A stretch of 64,000 bases of DNA from Auanema rhodensis (lineage: Eukaryota > Animalia > Nematoda): NCBI GenBank assembly GCA_964057225.1, contig OZ059900.1, positions 10,540,001-10,604,000 on the forward strand. Reading direction: 5' to 3'. The translations under genes were made by a program, and so were the position numbers. Positions within the stretch are counted from its first letter, which is position 1. Each line of letters starts with the position of its first letter. Shown here piece by piece: positions 1 to 13,424 of the stretch. Under the pieces are notes generated by a model. The model saw only the letters and a program-made list of their open reading frames with translations. It was not told where the DNA came from and did no database searches.

Positions 1-198
1 GAAAATAGTGGCGTACTTATAGATTGGTATCGTGGATGATACAAATCCTGATAATAATCTTTAACAATATTGAAAACTCAAAGCCTATAGTTTACTACAA
101 CAAGGATACTTCAGTTAATTTAAATTATAAACTCTTAGCATTATAGTTAATATGAGAAAATAGTGGCGTACTTATAGAATGGTATCGTGGATGATTCA
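1..198. repeat. Direct repeat of ~43 bp (GAAAATAGTGGCGTACTTATAGA[T/A]TGGTATCGTGGATGAT), period 155 bp; may be the end of a tandem array that continues left of the window
   Basis: Near-identical copies begin at 1 and 156. Confidence 0.7.
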
Positions 199-2759
199 GA
201 ATCTTTAGACTATTTGACTACTAGGAATATGAATGAGATAGAAACATTTCGGTTGATGTAGAGCCAAGCACATGTTTAATTTCACATAATATTACATAAG
301 AAACAAGAATAACGAAATAAATACATGTTGTGATTAAATAAAAGCTATAATATAAATGAAATATTAATAAAGGATGTAAATGTTGCATAAAGTTGTATAA
401 ATATCTGAATTAGGATAAACAGAATGACAAAGCGAAAGCAATTTGAATGTACAGTATGGCGTAAACATATTGTTTGTATTTTGAACACATTTAAATTATG
501 TATTTGATCTATATAGTGCTCAATAGTATCCCATAGGCATTTGCTTTCTTTTTTGATTTTTTGAATTGATTTGCTACATAATATTTGGTAAAAAATAAAT
601 GCTTGTTCTTTGATCATTTGACATAAAAAAAATAATTTATAATAATTAAAATGAGAAATATTAATAATTGCTCAATATAGTATGTATAAGATTTTTCTTC
701 TGTTTTTCATTGAACTTTATTTTTAAAATCCAATTATTAATTAAATTATTAATTAGTTGAAATTATTAACTATGTAGTTTTTTTAAACAAATTTCCGATT
801 ATTTGGATTTGCTTCATACTCGTCATTGATATAATATAATTGAATTTTTTGAATTTATGTAATATTAATACTAATTATCAGTCTTTTACGTTTTTTTTTG
901 ACTATTTTTTACTATTTTATTAGAAAATTATTTGAAAAAATATTTATTAACAAATGCTAATTAACACCGAAACTGAATCAAGCATATAAGTTTCACAACG
1001 TTTTATGAAAAAATAGATAATATAATAAGACAAAACAAATAAAAAGTAAGAAATTATCCTCATTTCTTTATATTTCAAAGATGTACACACAAAAAACAAC
1101 ATCAAAACTAATACTTTAATCTACATGCCCTCTATTTCTAAAATTTGCGGTAAATTCGTGGAAAGCGTGTTAAAATGCGAGTTGTTCACCTTCAGAATCA
1201 AATAATATCGAGGTTGTTTCTAAGATTTTATTAAGGCTGTTTCAAGGATCCCCATATCTTGATAATAATGGATTGTAGTTGTAGAAACCATAGAAAAAGA
1301 GAAAAAAAGAAATGAAAGAATAAAGTTATTTTAGGCAAGAGTTGGTGAGATGGCTGAAATTAGAACGTGGAATATTTGACATTGTTTCATGACAAGCAAA
1401 GATAAATAGTCGTGTACTTTGCCGGACAGTTCTCTACAACCTCACATCTGCGGACTCTCTAGTACAGCGGTAAAGACTATAACCTCCCCCGCTCTTCAGT
1501 GACAAGTCGGTATTTGCTCGCACAAAAGACTACGAGAAGTCAAGTTGATGGACGTTTAATAGACCACCCGTAAACATTAATCAATGACACATCAGTTTTG
1601 CAAGGGCAGAAAGTATAGCTATCAACGTTTCCGAAAAGCGATTAAGAAGAAAACAGAGTATGAAAAGATGAAGAAGAAGATAAAAAAATAGATTTGATGA
1701 CATACAAAGAGAAATTCCGAATTAGTGAACAAACGTGAGATCATACAAAATGAAATTCGAAAATCTATTCGTAATATCTTTCAAAACAATAAAACTTTTA
1801 TATTAGTCTTGAACTTATTATTAATTTAATTGTAAAGACAATTAATTATACTAACTAAAGCTTGTATTTGGCTTTTTTATTCAAACAAATTGATTATTCT
1901 TGAAAAATAGCTCTCAAATGTTTTTCTTCTTTCATAACTTTAAAGTTCCAAAACCTTTTTTATAACCATTACTTCTAAGAAAATGAAAGCTTTCAACATT
2001 TAACTGTCCATCTCTCATTAGCCTTCCCTTCAATTTTTAAAGGTTTTTAGCTTTTTTCTTGTTGGATAGAACAACTCGCTCTTCAAAAAAGTCTAAATGC
2101 TACAATTATATAAACACATGTTAATAAATCAATAAATCAATTCAATATAATTAGAAAAAATAGAAAAAAATACTATATATTATCTTTTTGTATTATAATC
2201 CACATATTCACATACATCATATGTGTATTCATTATCAATTCTGTAGATAGGTCAGACAATATAAAATGAAATGTATTCTTATAAATAATTATATGAAAAC
2301 TATTTAAAGTTGTTTGTCCCCTTCTGCTTTACTTGGTGGTGGCTTTCATCTAATGCTAGCTAACCTCAAATAATGGTCGAATAGTTTTCTTTTTCTCATC
2401 TTTTCTATCTCTCACGCTGTTTTACTTCACAAATCTTTTCTCTAATGATGCAAACGCTTTTAGCTTATGTATTGTTAAAAAAATAATGCTCTTTCATCAT
2501 TTCATTATTCAAGTTCATTAATAACTATTGTTTCAATTAAGTTTAGATTGAATTCAAAAAACAACTTGAAAAGTTTTAAAATGAAATTTATAATTTTCTT
2601 CATATATATATATATATATATAAATTTTAACCATACCCCGTTCTTATCTCTAAAGCTTTTCCTTACTCCTGGTCTGTCCCTCTGTCTATCTTCTACAATC
2701 ATTTGGTGAGCTTTCTTTCTATAGCATTCTTTATCACTATATGAATATTTTTCTTTCCT

Positions 2760-2760
<1 letters not shown>

Positions 2761-2820
<60 letters not shown>

Positions 2821-2822
2821 TT
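2761..2822. repeat. (CT)n microsatellite
   Basis: Directly visible, nearly perfect CT run. Confidence 0.95.
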
Positions 2823-5800
2823 CCCTGCCGACCTATGTCTCTCTTGTTCTTATTTCATCTTTCCTTCTTTTGGCTATTTCCTTTTCCTGGTGACAAAAAA
2901 TGTATAAAGAAAAGCATAGAGGAAAGAGCGCAAACTAATGAATATAAAGAGATTTGTATATAATATAGTTAATATATTTATATCTCTATATACATATGCA
3001 TATTATATTTATATTTATATATGTATCTCACACTTTTAATTCTAAATTCTCACACACAAATGATATATCTTCATCGCTTTATCTCTATCTCTCTTTATTA
3101 CTTTCTCTATCTTCCTCTCTACTTTAGCAGTCTTCTTCCGTTGCTCATGTGCGCATTTGCTCTTTTCTCATCCTTTCATCCTTAATTCCTTTAGTTCTCT
3201 TTTTTAAATAATATCTAGTCTTGTATCTTAGTCTATCATCACATTTTTCAAAAAATTGATTCACTATTAATATTTCTCTCCTTATTATTAATATTCATAA
3301 ATTGACCTTGGTCTCTCAAATATTCCTTTTAATCTTCATTTCAACTCCCTCGCTCTGTGTTTTCTCATCGTTCACGTTTAATCCAAGAACATTATGTATA
3401 TTTCCTGTTTCCTCAAGTTTTCAAAATATTCATATCTTGATCACATATTATTAGTTATGCTAAAATTTATTATATCTTCTTTATACTTGCTATATACGAC
3501 ATTTATGACATCCATGTATGTTGTTTAGTGCATGAAATGATCTCATCGAGTCCACGCATTTCATCTTCTGCTCTCTTCAACTTATGATCTCACTATGTAC
3601 ATTGCACCATTTTGTGCATATCTCTCTTTTCTTCTCTACCTTGTATTTTGTTCTTCGTCTTTCCTCCATTTTCTCTCTTATAGTTTTAAAGGCATTTTTC
3701 CTCTCTCTGTTTTTCAATTTCTTACTCTATTAGTTTCGTTTCTTCTCCCATCTTCATTGAATAATATCATAAACTCTTTGAATAATTTTTCTACATATAT
3801 CTTTGGCTTGTGAACATTTCCATTCATTCCCTCATTATCTTGTCTTTCTTATATATCTTACTTTTTTTGTGTGTTACCTTGAAATAGTTTGACTTGTTTA
3901 GTCAGACTTCGTTTACTTGTTCAGTATACTTGATACATCTACTTTTTCAATTTTTGAATGTACAACTGTATCCAGCCAAAATATGTTATCTTTCAACAAG
4001 ATGGTGAGAATCTTTTCATAAAATCCGAGAGAAAAAAAAGCTATTTGAAAGACACTGGTCCCTTCTCTATATCGAAAAGCAATTCGTCGCAAATCCCTGC
4101 TATTGCATTTCGTATTTTGAACTTATTCCATTTATATATGCTCTTATTCATCTGAATCACAAAAAAAAAAATTTGAAAAAAGCGTTTTGCATTTCTTCTC
4201 TGAATAATCTGACCATTGTATTCATTTCCATATATAATTCAACATGATTAAAATTCAAGGTATGAATCAAAATCTCAAACAGATGACGTTGGCAGAGACT
4301 ATTTCTCACTAACTCAGCGTCTTTCTCTACAATGACCTGCTGTCAGCATCCGTGTCGACCACATGCATCCATATATACATATCTGATATCTTATGTCTTT
4401 TTTCTTTCGCTATATTCTTTTTCTCTCGGTCTCTCTATCTTGCTTTTTGCTTACGTTTTCTTTTTTTCTCTGATTCTCTTATTTTTCAGCAATTTTCGTT
4501 TCTTTATCTAACTTTCTTAGTTTTTACTTATATTATATTGTTGTCATAATTTTTTGTTATGTTTTTCTTAACCTCTACTATGCCTTTTACTGATCCGAAC
4601 AGATCATCTGATTCAACAGACCATACGGAACGATCGTAAATCATGCTCCTCCCTCCTCCTAACGATTCGTGTGAATCTGGTGCCAGTGTACAGCATGTGT
4701 CTGTATTAGAGTGCGTATGCATTCTTGACTGTGTCTAAGCAAGTGTGTATATGTGAGTTTAGGCGCATCTGTGGGTTTGGTCATTGCATATGTAAGAGAG
4801 ACTCCCGATATACATGTGTACATACATCAACATCAACATGTGTCTGTATGTGAGTGAGTGCATGCAAGTATTGCAAGTATGCTTGTGCATGTGTGCGCGT
4901 TTATATCTGTGTATGTGTGTAGATGCCAATGTGTTTTGCTCAGCCTAGTATACTAAACTGTGAGAGAGGGCAGCAAATCGAAATAAAAAGAGAAAGATCG
5001 GATAAAGAAATGAGAGAAAAAAGACCACATCATCGCTTTCATGTGAATTTACATCTGGCAGAGGTCGGTTTATGTCTGTATCTGTTGTGCCCCGTGATCT
5101 TCCATATTTTCTTCATTTTACGATAACCTTCTTTAAATTTTCAGCCACAATCTATTTGTTTCATTGACTCATGTTATCCTCTTTTTTCAACTGTTTCCCT
5201 GATATCACCATCACATAGTGCAATTTGTCAAAATACTTCTATTATTCTTCAGAACTCTGTTTTCAAATCCCAATTGAAAAGTACCGTTCTGATCGTATTT
5301 ACTTTTTTTCATTACCAGATGTAGTTTATTATGGGAGGGGGGGGGTGAAAGATTCTATTTTTCTTGAACTTTTTCTCAGTCTTTATCGTATTCTCGTTAT
5401 TTAAAGACAACATTTAACATATTATAGAAATTTCTTTTGGATGTAATTCAATCTTTTTCAAAAATCAAAATTTAGGCTTTCAAATCGTAATTTTTACTTG
5501 TGTTTCTATACATATTATATCATTTCAATGATGCGAATATGTACCCTATCCTTAGCTAAACAACCCATAAAATAGCCAAAAATCGTTTATCTTCCGAATA
5601 TTTCATCACATTTAATGACAATTTTTCTCACACTCAGTGTTATCTATTAGCTTCATAAGCTAACGTTTCTAGAACTATGCCGAAATAGCCGAAACATTCT
5701 CCATAGATATCATTATATTCTCCTTCATGCTGTCTTTAATTTGTTAAATTTTGAAGAAAAATCATACAATTTTATCTTTTTTCCCCACAAAGTTTTTGAA

Positions 5801-6802
5801 ATATTTTTAAAATTGCGTGTTTCGGCCAAAAAATAAAATATATATACATATACCAGCTATTATCTACGCATGTCCTTCAAGATTAGTTTCAACAATAGCT
5901 TGCTGATACTATTGAAATGTAATATATTGCATCACGTTTGCTTGTTATTATTCAATGCTTTTTAGAGTATGAACATCAATTAGGTTTACTTTTTTCCTTC
6001 TTTTTTTTTCTTTTAATCTCATATCAAATACAGAAATTGAAGAATATATTCGCATTCATCGTTTAACGCAAATTACATTCAGTTTTTTATGATTTTTATC
6101 TTTTTTCTATAGCTAATACTGATATCGAACGCACATTTATACAAGCCACAAGTGTTGTCAGCAATACACTTTGTCTTTTGCACTTACATGTAGTTGAAAA
6201 ACCGTTCGACAATTTATGAGTTTAATCTGGTACATAGATGTCTAATAGGTGTGATCAAACATCGTGCCAGCTTTTCACGGTTTGAAGAAAGTGCATATCA
6301 TTCTTTCGTTGAATCTGTTCTCGTCTTTTTCTATTTTCTATTGGAAAAATTATTTTCGAGCAGAATACATGAACTGTATATTACTTCTTCGGAAATAATC
6401 TAAAGTCAACATAATCAAATTGAAAACGAAGAATATTATTCTAGAAAATACAGGAAACAGCAATTATAAAACAAACTACATACAAATCGTTATGATTGTA
6501 AAAACCAAAAAATGCACAAAACTGTTATTCATTTCATATCCTTCTTTATAGTTTGTGAACAACCCCCATAACTCTTATGTCAAAGTCAATCGTTAAATCT
6601 ATTTATGTGTGAACAGTCAAAAAAGAAATTATTTTGTTTTTTTCATTGTATTTTGTATAGATATCTTTCTATGTATATGTACTATAATCAATAATTGATT
6701 ATATTTTATCATTTTCATATTTATCGATAATAGATCTCATGAACATCTTTTATTATATGTAATTCTCTAATATTTATATAAATTTATATATAATATAAAG
6801 GT

Positions 6803-6862
6803 ATATATCTATATCTATATCTATCTCTCTCTCTCTATCTCTCTATCTCTCTCTCTCTCTTT
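6803..6862. repeat. Compound (ATCT/CT)n microsatellite
   Basis: Directly visible. Confidence 0.85.
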
Positions 6863-8541
6863 CTATTTATATAAATATATATAAGTCAGAACAAAAAACA
6901 TTTTTTTAAAACATTGACTCAAATTATGTAAAATTATATATTTTTGAAAAATAATAAATTTATTATTATTATTATAGTTATTTATATAATTTTATAATTT
7001 TAAATTTTATTTAACACCATTTTATTTAATATCAAATTATTATCAAATTATTTGTCTGACTGGGTGGTAATGTAAATTAGATCTTATCTTCTTCCTATAA
7101 TTTTCTTTCATTTTAGTTTTAGTCGTACTCTTCTCTCTGTCGTTATCTCTCTTCACCTTCTTTTTATCAATCTCTCTCTCATTCTCTCTCACTCTTTCTC
7201 TCTCTTTCAGTGAATAGCAAGGCTTCTTCTAGACTACTTTCACGTTTTCACGTACTATTTCAATTATTTCGTCTTTATATGATTCGATTTCTCTTCGATG
7301 TTTTGTATCATCTTTCAATCTTTTAACCTTCTATCTTTTATCACGGAGAGAAATTGAGACTTATCAGACAGGCTTATTATGCTTTATCTAACAACTTTTA
7401 CAACTAAGCTGTGCGTAGTTAATAACTGATATTTCATTTTGGACTATGTGTATACAACAACACAACAGGCTGACCAATGATATGAACATCTTTACTATTT
7501 CAAAGATCTTTAAAGAAGATTGAAGACATTACTTCACAAAGTATAATAGAATACAAAAAGAGAGAATTTCTTAAAGTGTTCAGCTGAATAAGACTGAAAA
7601 TCTGGGGTGTGGTATGAGATGAGAAAGAAGGAATACTTGAGTTTAGAAATTGATGATGCAGATGAAGAGGGCGGTCATGAAATGGGTAACCTGAACAGAG
7701 AGTAGAGAGACAGGCGATGATTTGACAACATCAACAGGAAGAGTCCGTAGGCACTTTTCCGCGGTCATCGTTTTTCGCTTATATTTTGTTTTCCCTTTTT
7801 CTCTTTTTCTCTCTCTATCTCGCTCTTTCGATTTTCCTTTCTCTCACCCCTCTTCATATGTTTGTATCTTTTTACCTCTATTAATCTTTTCTTGCAGCCA
7901 TTTTATTACATACTACCGAGCAGATTCAGATCCTTTAATTGGACAATTTTGCATTCATGTTAGATGGCTTTTTAAAGCCATCTTCACGTTTGAACTACTT
8001 TTGACTACATCTGTTCAAATCTCTTGTACTATGCGGTGCATCCGCCTCACACTCTCTTATTTGCTCTTACTTTCATAAATCGTCTCATGTTGTTGAATCC
8101 GTGTTTTTACCTGTATATTGTCTTTCCTATGCCCAAGTTTCTATATGTTCTCCGCTTCAATCTCTATAGTTTCCTATCTTCCTTTACTGAAATATTTCTT
8201 TCTCTCTCTCTCCCTCTCTCTCTCTTTTTCTCTCAATTGCCGCCTCTACCTCTAATTATTTTTGTCATTTCTGACAACTCTTTTGATTTTTCTATTTTTT
8301 ACAAATAAAATTTATATATCTTATATCCTAAGCTTTTTATCCCTATATTCAGTGAATCAAACACAAGCAAAAGCTCTTGCAATAAGATTTGTAGACAATG
8401 CACTTTATTTTGTGTAGCATCTTTCACTCCTGGTCAGTAACTACATGTTGACATTGTTTGCCTTCCGTCTCCAATCAAACATTTTTCTCGAATACAAACT
8501 ACTTGTGACAACTTATCGCTATTTACTTCACTAACCACTCA

Positions 8542-8544
<3 letters not shown>

Positions 8545-8579
<35 letters not shown>

Positions 8580-8585
8580 TTCTGT
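8545..8585. repeat. (CT)n microsatellite
   Basis: Directly visible. Confidence 0.9.
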
Positions 8586-9113
8586 CTATATCCCTCTTCC
8601 TTTCGTTCTATAGAACCACTCATATACTCCATATATATCTTTAATCTTTCTCTCATTTTCTCTAATACTCAGCGTGCTTCTCAGTTATTTTTCTACAATC
8701 TCTTATTTCTTATTGTCATCACTGGTCACGGTTTTTGAACTTTAATTCTCATGCGTTTGAAACAGGCTATCCCTTTACTTGATTATTTTTTTCTTTTTTT
8801 CTCGTACCAATCATATCAAAAACCTATAGATAGCATGATGGATAGTTTAAATAAATGTTTGTTTTACTATATAATTTTTACATATTCTATATTTATTAAA
8901 ATTAGTCAGTTTTACTGACAAGTTTTCTGAAACATTTTCATTTTGTATGCGAGAAAATGATAAAAACAATGTAATTATCATATCATTTAAAGTTTTTCTA
9001 TAACTTTTATAACTTTTCATAACCTTTACTATTTGTTCTTTGCTGTGTTTCGTTAAATTTCTTCTTAAATATGTATAAAATTATTGCCAATATTCAGACA
9101 ATCGACGAGAAAT

Positions 9114-9448
9114 ATGACTGCTGCCGATATTGTTCGTAAACCAAAGCCAGAAGCTGTTCCAGAGGTTATATCTTATACTGTGTTGACTTGAGTCAATTAG
9201 TATATTCTTTCAGACTTCAATTCCAATTAAGATTTCCGGCGTACATATGTCTCCTAATGGTTGTAGATATCTCGTCGTATATAAGGTATTCAGCTTAGAC
9301 ATTGCTTGCTATCAAGCCTTAATTGTAGAATGATCGTCCAAAGCCACGATGGGTCGATGAGGCTGATCTCCAAAGAGCTGATCTTATCAGAGATTTTCAA
9401 AATTTCATGGCTCTATTCGATGGTGATTATCGTGAGCTTGACTTGTGA
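9114..9448 (+). CDS. 80-aa chromo/chromoshadow-like single-domain protein (3 exons: 9114-9164, 9214-9285, 9329-9448)
   Basis: TATTCAG acceptor at 9091-9097 precedes the ATG. Two GT-AG introns (49 and 43 nt), both phase 0, give an open frame: MTAADIVRKPKPEAVPETSIPIKISGVHMSPNGCRYLVVYKNDRPKPRWVDEADLQRADLIRDFQNFMALFDGDYRELDL*. The pattern KI-G...YLV-YK...W--E-DL...LI-DF resembles chromo-family folds. Confidence 0.7.
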
Positions 9449-10808
9449 ATGTGACAAATCATTTGACTGTCGCATCTGCTCTTCCGGTAAGAGCTCTAGC
9501 AACTTTTTCTCTCGTACGACAAAATCTCTCTAATTAAATTATTTTTTTTGCAATAGAGTCGAGTGAGTATATGATTTTTTTAATTATAGTAGATAGAATT
9601 GATTGCATCTCAGTTTTATTACAATTAATATTCATTCCGATTATTTACAAACTGATTCAAAAACTACAACTTTCGTATCTCGTGGTGCAGTATATGCATC
9701 TGTATATATTCTTTATACTTTAATCATCTAGATGTTAGACTTATCATAGTACTAATTTTCCTTTTAATGATGTAATAAATAAATGCATGTGTATTGTTGA
9801 GCAGACAGTTAATACTTACTAGCTATTCAATATCCGTATCTTTAGCCGTTTTCATTTCATACCAGATTTGGCTTCTTAGTATGACAGATCAGTCAATTTG
9901 TTAAACTTTTCCATACTTTGCCCTTTCATAACATACATCATCACAACATTTCTCTTTATCATATTCGATGTCCTTATATTTTTGTTTTAACTTCTCTTCT
10001 CTCTATCATCATCAACATTCAATTGTTTTTTTTTTTCAATTTTACGTTCTATTGCACAAACGAATAACAAAATAAAATTATTTTCTGACTGCTTTTTCAG
10101 TATTTCATATTGAAATAAATAAAAAACGTTATTGAAAATTTGGAAAAAGAAAAACATATATGTTTCTGTAATATTTCATATATACTCAGCTATTTCTTGA
10201 ACTAATTATTGTGGCATAGTTCATGACATAACAACAATAACAAGCAACATGTTAATCGTGTAACATGTGCAAAAGATAGAGAGCAATAGAGAGAAAGGAT
10301 TATAAAACGATAATTTATTTCCTACATTCATAGTTATTACACAAACTGTTTTGAGAAAAAGTTACATTTTCATGATATTGAGATGACAACAAGAATTTTC
10401 TTCAAAGAATATGAAGGCGGACGAGCTAAAAAAGCCCGAAACGGAAATCACAAGCACACATATACAAGTTAGTTGTGCTACTACAAAGTATCATAATTAC
10501 ATTGATTTTGATGAGTAAAAGTAGAGTAAGGAATATATTTCTCAATGAATGTTAATTATTAGGTCAAACATAGCATAATTTTATATATAAACTGATTCTT
10601 ATTCTATTTTTTTTTGCTTTTTGTCTTTAAGTTTTTTTGTCAAGTTTCATAACAAAAAATGCAACGAATCGAACAACTAGATATTAGTACAGATAAATTA
10701 ACTGAATAACACATACACACATATATATGTATATATATATATATATTATGCTTGTTTTTTTCCTTTTTATGTTTAAATAGAATCTGCTTTATGGTTTTGA
10801 TTTCTTTT

Positions 10809-13424
10809 TCAGAAAAACGCCACTGAATCAGGCTTATCATAAGGTGTAGTAGTTCCATTAGTTTGATCAACACCAACAGAATCGGTTGAAAGAGTTGCGG
10901 AAGTGATAGGAACCTAAAATATCAGAAAAATATTTTTGCACAATGTTTTAGCATCAGCGATTTCTCCTGCAGAATCAAAAAGTTGAAGAACTTGCAAAGT
11001 TACCTTTGTTATATCATATTCCAAATGTGATTCAATGGCATGATTAGATGAAGGTGAGGAAGTTGATGATGAAGACGAGGATGATGATGATTCAATTTCA
11101 TGTTGAGTTTCTTCTTCATTTGTCTGCAAAATGAATTTAAAAACCGCATTAGATACGTGCAAATGTGAAGAAAAAAGTTTGGTGAGTGCAATGTTTATTC
11201 CGAAAAAATAACATAAAGATTGAAAATGTTAACGAAAATCTATCTCTGAATTGTGTATCAAGCTCATGAGTTTCGATCTTCTTTTTCGATGAGTAAATAT
11301 GATAAAATATCTTAATTAATGTACTTCTATGTGACTCGCTGTTGTTGTTAGTGAGTATGGTCCTGACGGTATTCGGCTCATATCAATTCCTGGCATATTG
11401 TAAACTGCTCTGTCTTTTGCTGTTATTGATGAACTACGTGGTAATGAGATTTCACTGGTCATCGATCTGTAATAGTAAGTCTCATAAACAATACGGTATT
11501 CAGGCAGTTAGTTTAATTTTATTCTCATTCTGTACTAAATTTATCAAATATCAGCAAAATGTTTGACAGAACAAAAAACTGAAAAAGTAAATAATTCAAA
11601 ACCTGTTATCTGGTTCAAATGCTTTTTTGAAACTGAATCGAGCAGGTGATGATGTTGGACTATTACTAGTTTTAGTGCTGCCATCATCCATATCAGATGT
11701 TGACTGACCAAACGCCATCACATTCATATGTCCATGTTCAATTTCGACTCTGAAAAATAGAACATATAATTGAAACACTCAGTTCTACTATTAGAATACA
11801 GAACATATAGTATAATATTAATTTTCAAGCAAAATGTTCACAAAATTCTGCACAGACTATATGTAAATGATCTTTTTCGGCTGTAAACTGCAAAGTGCAC
11901 ACAAAGTGATTATACAGTTTGTTTTATGAAAAAATATTTTTAGAATTTTTTATATATATATGTAAACGATCATTATTTTGACTTAAAATTTCCAGATAGT
12001 ATATTAATCGTTATTTAAACATTAATTATGTAACAGTATTGATTTGATTTCATAGGGCATATAATAAAAATTTTAAAAAATAATTTGTGAATTTTTGTTT
12101 CTCCACATATCACGTGATATGAAACTTTTTCATCAGCTGATGTTGCTTGAGATTCGATCATCAAGTGTTGTTCTAACTCTAGAGAAATGTTTTTTTCAAA
12201 CTTTTGTCTTGCAAAAGTAAATAAAAATTTAATGCTTGAACATCAGAGACTGTCTTACTTTTGATTAGGAGATGTATTCTGCACAAATCGAATTGTTCGA
12301 TTTTGACGTAAATAACATGCTAAAAGCAATAACACAGTAAGAGTTACAACAATGCACATGACGGTAACGATATACATCCATCTGAAAACAATTTGTTTGT
12401 ATTAATTTGTATATTTCACTATTATTTGTTCACGATTGCATCATTGTACTGATGACAATCTCAACTCACACTGGAATAACGTTCTTGATAGTTTCTGGCA
12501 TGCTGGTGGTATTAACATCATCAGTGGCGATCTCTTCTGTTGTCTCATCAGTAGAAGTGATGCTATCCTGTAAATGAATATTTGATTGTTACAGTAATTT
12601 GGATTTGAGTTATATTACCTTGAATGGATCAATGATACTATCACCCAACTCTTCTACGCATTTGTTCAAGCCAGCCATGTAACCCTTTTCAGTGAAAAGC
12701 TTCATATGCTGATTCAAATAGCTATACACTTGATCTCGATTCACTTCTAAATCTTCACCAGTCTGAATAATAATAAATATATCAACAGTTGTGCTTAGAT
12801 TGTCTGTTTACCCAAACTTTTATAGTTTTTCCTTCAACACCTAATAATAAAATATAATTTTTACATGGCTGGTTAGTTAATCCGAATGCTTGACTTAGTC
12901 CTTCTCCAAATAATTCCTGGAAAAAAAATACTTTTATCTGCTTTATTATATGAAACTATACCAAATCATTACTGGTGGTACTTTGATTTGATGCTGTATG
13001 AATTCGTTTAGCTAACATAATGTATATCTGAGGTGGCTCTGTTGAATTGCTACGACATTCTTCAGATGCTCCAGCTCTATAAGGAATATCAGCCTCCATG
13101 AGACCTGAAAGCGTGAAAGCATAGCAATAAACGTTTTTTCTCAGGCTCAATTTGATTAATTATTAAGCACGTACGTTCAACTTGATTAGTTAGGCTTTCT
13201 TGAATTGTTTGCCTCCATGAATCTGTCAGCATATGATCGGGATCACATAGTGTAGATCCTTCAGCTACATTGCATTGAGCATATTTCAGTCGAGGATTTG
13301 GGTATGTTGAAGGTTCCCATTGCTACAATTTTTATAAGATTTTTTGAACAAACTTTAAAAGCACCTCAGTGTCTGCTCGAAGAACAGTTCCTGATGCTAT
13401 AATCAGAGATAGAAGAGAGAGCAT
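10809..13424 (-). CDS. MOLO-1-like (TPM-domain) single-pass membrane protein, multi-exon
   Basis: Signal peptide MLSLLSLIIASGTVLRADTE. Exon QWEPSTYPNPRLKYAQCNVAEGSTLCDPDHML carries the W..YPNPR...C...LCDPD signature of the nematode MOLO1 family. TM segment WMYIVTVMCIVVTLTVLLLLACYL at ~12.32-12.38 kb. Ser-rich cytoplasmic exons end ...DKPDSVAFF*. Confidence 0.7.

Noticed and set aside
7722-8308. Hydrophobic F/L/S-rich ORFs (also many similar ORF-track entries elsewhere)
   Set aside because: Translations of CT-rich low-complexity DNA without splice-supported structure
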